From: Frankiaceae bacterium
GTDB taxonomy: Bacteria; Actinomycetota; Actinomycetes; JADGOV01
Length of the DNA: 64,000 bases
NCBI GenBank assembly: GCA_017882785.1
Contig: JADGOV010000004.1
Coordinates: forward strand, 1,521 to 65,520
Reading direction: 5' to 3'
This document shows, piece after piece, positions 60,743-64,000 of this stretch. Below the pieces are notes generated by a model. The model had not been told where the DNA came from. It ran no database searches and saw only the letters and a program-made list of their open reading frames with translations. Both the position numbers and the translations under genes were made by a program. Position 1 is the first letter of the stretch; every line of letters starts with the position of its first letter.

Positions 60743-60758
60743 TCGAACGTATGTTCGA
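60743..60758. promoter_or_regulatory. LexA (SOS) box TCGAACGTATGTTCGA.
   Basis: A perfect match to the actinobacterial SOS-box consensus TCGAAC-N4-GTTCGA, sitting upstream of the DUF6504-HEPN-dnaE2(-dinB) gene string. Confidence 0.7.
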
Positions 60759-60828
60759 AGATGGACTAAGTTAACTCCGGTCCGGCCGTTCGGTCAAGGG
60801 TGAACGGCGCCGGTCCCCCACCGGTTAC

Positions 60829-60923
60829 GCCGATCATGCTCGAAGGTGCGTTGACCTCGCCGATCATGCTCGAAGGTACGTTCGGGATCGACTCGAGGCG
60901 TACGAACGAGCATGATCGGCGCG
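60829..60923. repeat. Palindromic interspersed element, copy 3, with a tandemly duplicated left arm.
   Basis: gccgatcatgctcgaaggtgcgttgacctc + gccgatcatgctcgaaggtacgttcggg…cgaacgagcatgatcggcgcg, located 70 nt from the LexA box. Confidence 0.6.
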
Positions 60924-61004
60924 GGGGCGGGCGCGGGGGGAGCCGGGGAGCCGGGGAGCCAGGTAAAGCGCGGCAAGTGCCCGGAGCGCGTAGCCTCGGA
61001 TCCC

Positions 61005-61493
61005 GTGCACCGCAACGCCCGCCGCGTCCAGCAGGCCCTCGACGAGGCGCAGGCCCGGGTCGCCGTCGTGGAGCTCGACGACACAGCCCGGACCGCCGTC
61101 GACGCGGCGGCAGCCCTCGGTTGCCCGGTCGGGGCCATCGTCAAATCGCTCGTGTTCACCGCCGACGGCGAGCCACTGCTGGTTCTGGCTAGTGGCGCCC
61201 ACCAGGTCGACACCTCCCGAGTGGCGACCCTCGTCGGGGCCGCCTCAGTCCGGCGAGCGCCCGCGGATCTCGTCCGGACAGCGACCGGCTTCCCGATCGG
61301 CGGCGTGGCGCCGCTGGGTCACCCACGCCCGCTGCACACGCTCGTCGACGTCGCGCTGGCCGACTACGAGCGGATCTGGGCCGCCGCCGGCACTCCGCAC
61401 ACGGTGTTTCCCACCACGTACGCCGACTTGCTCCGCCTCACCATCGGCACCCCCGCCCAGGTCGCCGCCGCGCCGCCGGACCCTCACCCGTGA
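61005..61493 (+). CDS. YbaK/ProX-type aminoacyl-tRNA deacylase domain protein.
   Basis: …VVELDDTARTAVDAAAALGCPVGAIVKSLVF…PLLVLASG…FPIGGVAPLGH… is the YbaK fold. The GTG start at 61005 is inferred. Confidence 0.65.
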   Translation: MHRNARRVQQALDEAQARVAVVELDDTARTAVDAAAALGCPVGAIVKSLVFTADGEPLLVLASGAHQVDTSRVATLVGAASVRRAPADLVRTATGFPIGGVAPLGHPRPLHTLVDVALADYERIWAAAGTPHTVFPTTYADLLRLTIGTPAQVAAAPPDPHP

Positions 61494-62179
61494 TCGTCGC
61501 GTTGCACGTGTGGCAGGTGGCGGCGAAGGGGGTTCCGGCAGCGCTTGTCAGGGTGGCTGGTACGCACGTGAGACTGCGTCACACCGCCCGCCTCCGCTTC
61601 GGGAAAATGCTCGGTACGGGCAACGGCCAGACCTTCACCGCCAGGGACGCCACCCCCCGCCGGTGGGCGCTGCTCACCGTGTGGGACGACACGCTGGACA
61701 CCGCCGCATTCGAGAGGTCGGGCACAATCCGCCGCTGGGATGCCGCAGCGGAGGAACGCTGGCGCGGGTTGCTCACGCCCGTCGCGGTTCGCGGCCGCTG
61801 GTCCCGGCGAGCCCCTTTCGGCGACCCACAACCGAGCCAACACGAGGGTCCGGTCGCGGCAGTGACCCGAGCAAGGATCGCCCCGCACAAACTGGCCACG
61901 TTCTGGCGCGCGGTGCCACCGGTCTCCACCGACCTCCACCATTCCCCTGGCCTGCTCCTCGCCATGGGCATCGGCGAGGCGCCGATCGGCCTGCAGGGCA
62001 CCTTCAGCCTGTGGCGCTCCGGGGTCGATCTCAACGACTTCGCGCACCGCCGCGCCCCGCATGTCGAGGCCATCCGGCGCACCGCCACCGAGGGCTGGTA
62101 CGTGGAGGAGTTGTTCGCCCGCTTCGCCGTGGTGGAGGCAACCGGCAGCATTCAGGGCCGGGACCCGTTGACCGAGTAA
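61490..62179 (+). CDS. Conserved hypothetical protein.
   Basis: 229-aa ORF whose GTG overlaps the preceding stop (GTGA). Good codon bias and no diagnostic motif. Confidence 0.45.
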   Translation: MIVALHVWQVAAKGVPAALVRVAGTHVRLRHTARLRFGKMLGTGNGQTFTARDATPRRWALLTVWDDTLDTAAFERSGTIRRWDAAAEERWRGLLTPVAVRGRWSRRAPFGDPQPSQHEGPVAAVTRARIAPHKLATFWRAVPPVSTDLHHSPGLLLAMGIGEAPIGLQGTFSLWRSGVDLNDFAHRRAPHVEAIRRTATEGWYVEELFARFAVVEATGSIQGRDPLTE

Positions 62180-62231
62180 CCGCCGCCGTGGCCGTCTCGT
62201 GCCCCGCGGGCGGCTACCCGGCCCACTGCTC

Positions 62232-63056
62232 TCAGCCGGGCCTGCCTGCTGTCAGGCTCGCGTAGGCGACGTGGCCGAAGAACGCATTCTCATCGACTCG
62301 AACGCGCGCCTCAGCCTTGAGCGCGTCGGCAAGAGGTGCCCGGATCATGCCGCTCGCCCGCAGCGCGTCCGCTCCCCGATCGACGATGCTCAGTAAGTAC
62401 TCCGGCTCCTCGATCTGCACGTACCCGTGACTCCGGACCTGTTGCCCGACGAAACCGGCGTGGACGGTGAGTCTCGACAGCCGCCGTACGATCCACGGAT
62501 CGTGGACGTAGCCCTCCTGGAACGCGGAAACACAGGCCTGCAACGGATCACCGGCACCGGCCGCCACTGTGACCGTCGAGTAGTCGCCGTCGAAGACCGC
62601 CAGGCGACCACCGGGACACAGCAGGCGGAACGCCTCGGCGAGCACCCGATCGGGTCCGGGGACGTGCGACAACACCCGATGCAGCACGACCGCATCGAAC
62701 ACACCGTCCACAATGGGCACCGCGCGGCCGTCGGCCACCTGGAAAGTCAGGTTTGGGAACCCCTCGCTCAGCTCGCGGGCTCTCGCCACCAGACCGGGCG
62801 AGGGATCGAGACCGAGAACCCCGGCCACGCCCGGCCACCGAGCTAGCACCCGACTGATAACCCCGGTGCCGCAGCCGATCTCCAGAACCCGCGAATCCTT
62901 GCGCATGTCCAAGTCGGCCAGGTAGAGGTCGATCATGGCTCGCAACTGGGGATCGGCCGCGTTCTGTTCCAGCACGCGAGCAACCTGGTCGACGATCGCA
63001 TCGTCGACCTCGGTGATAACCGCATAAACGTCCAGCATGGCTAATCCGCTGGCCAT
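62232..63056 (-). CDS. Class I SAM-dependent methyltransferase.
   Basis: ATG at 63056. VLEIGCGTGVISRVLA is motif I (GxGxG), followed by …LDPSPGLV… and …LLCPGGRLAVFD…. Confidence 0.7.
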   Translation of the reverse strand: MASGLAMLDVYAVITEVDDAIVDQVARVLEQNAADPQLRAMIDLYLADLDMRKDSRVLEIGCGTGVISRVLARWPGVAGVLGLDPSPGLVARARELSEGFPNLTFQVADGRAVPIVDGVFDAVVLHRVLSHVPGPDRVLAEAFRLLCPGGRLAVFDGDYSTVTVAAGAGDPLQACVSAFQEGYVHDPWIVRRLSRLTVHAGFVGQQVRSHGYVQIEEPEYLLSIVDRGADALRASGMIRAPLADALKAEARVRVDENAFFGHVAYASLTAGRPG

Positions 63057-63431
63057 CCAACCATAGGGTCCGCCGGCCGTGAACGATCGACGCCGCAGTT
63101 GTAGCGAGGTCTTCGAGAACGTACGTTGACGCCCGCGAGCCGCAGCCACCGCCGGCGAGCAGAGGCAACAGCCACGAGAGCAGGGGTGCCTTCGTCGATT
63201 CCGGGCCACGGAGGCAATCGCGCGGCCGTCGGTGCCGGCAGAAAAGGACACTCAGTACGATCCCGCTCGGAAGCAGTTCCGGGCCGTTGACACTCGCCGC
63301 AACCGGGACCAATCATGGCGCTGTCAGCGTGGTCGGGTGCCCGCGTGTTGGTCACCTCGGCAGCCGAGGCACGTTCCGCCGAACTCGGCGACCGCTTCGC
63401 TTTCTACCATTCCACCCAGACCAGGAGGATG

Positions 63432-64000
63432 CGATGGACCGGACCCTCGACAAGGGTGGCTTGTGGGACCTGTTCAAGCGGCGGGCCGTGATAGCCACCG
63501 ACTTGCCACCGGGGCCTACCCGGGACATTGCCTACCAGGTGAACGAAGCTGAAGGGCGCGGTGACGCGACCCTGCGGACGAAGGCTGAGTACTCCGCACT
63601 GTTCGACGCCTTGTTGCGTGCTGAGTCCGCCACAGCGGGCGGCGTGCTGACCTTGCGGGACAATGGCCAGCTCACCAATGCCGGGCAGGCGATCGAGGAC
63701 TACCTCAAGGTCGCGGTCGACACCGACGAGTTCTTCGACCACCCGATGTACGCGGTGCACGTCACCGGTTGGCCGGCGAATGCCATGCAACCCGAGCAAC
63801 CGGTGGACGCCCCCGCCGGGGCCCGCCTCGAGGTGTGGCGGATCGACCCTGCCGACGCCCAGCCGAACCCTGCGCCAGGCGCCGAGGGTGTGTTGTTCAG
63901 TTCACCGACGTTCTCCTTGGTGAACAGCGGCAACCGGACCCTGCGCGTGCCGAAGCGGTCCTGGAAGGTCAACCTCGAGGCGCACGGCGCCGACGGCCGC
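63432..64000 (+). CDS. Partial ORF (N-terminal ~190 aa) that runs off the window end; possibly a CotH-kinase-family protein.
   Basis: AGGAGG lies 5 nt upstream of the ATG at 63432. There are no stops to the window end and GC3 is high. …SLVNSGNRTLRVPKRSWKVNLEA resembles the CotH RGNSS…PKKSYK(L)KF motif. It is absent from the supplied ORF track, probably because no stop occurs in-window. Confidence 0.35.

Overview
This is a high-GC (about 72-74%) actinobacterial chromosomal segment with a largely conserved core. From left to right it carries a minus-strand histidine operon (hisH partial, a small membrane ORF, hisB, hisC, hisD), dnaE1, an RluA-family pseudouridine synthase, lspA, a divergent FAD-oxidoreductase / TetR-GNAT pair, and ileS on the plus strand. 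A nearly complete division-cell wall (dcw) cluster runs on the minus strand: mraZ, rsmH, ftsL-like, ftsI, murE, murF, mraY, murD, ftsW, murG, murC, ftsQ, ftsZ, pgeF, yggS, sepF, yggT. To the right are a MoxR-DUF58-transglutaminase triad, sixA, and a LexA-box-controlled DUF6504-HEPN-dnaE2-dinB mutasome locus. Between ileS and yggT sits a roughly 9.5 kb block (18.0-27.7 kb) that looks accessory. It encodes a cytoplasmic PAS histidine kinase, a REC-REC-LmbE(PIG-L) deacetylase response regulator, an ATP-grasp ligase, a PHP phosphoesterase, a membrane GT2 processive synthase-like glycosyltransferase, a divergent GT4 glycosyltransferase and a secreted lipoprotein. Parts of this block are bracketed by a duplicated conserved element of about 80 nt. 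A second repeat family (16-bp inverted-repeat arms around a roughly 30-bp spacer) occurs three times, each in a promoter-proximal intergenic region (ftsQ/ftsZ, upstream of mraZ, and next to the SOS box). No rRNA, tRNA or CRISPR arrays were recognised. Many long antisense ORFs in the track are GC-skew artefacts.
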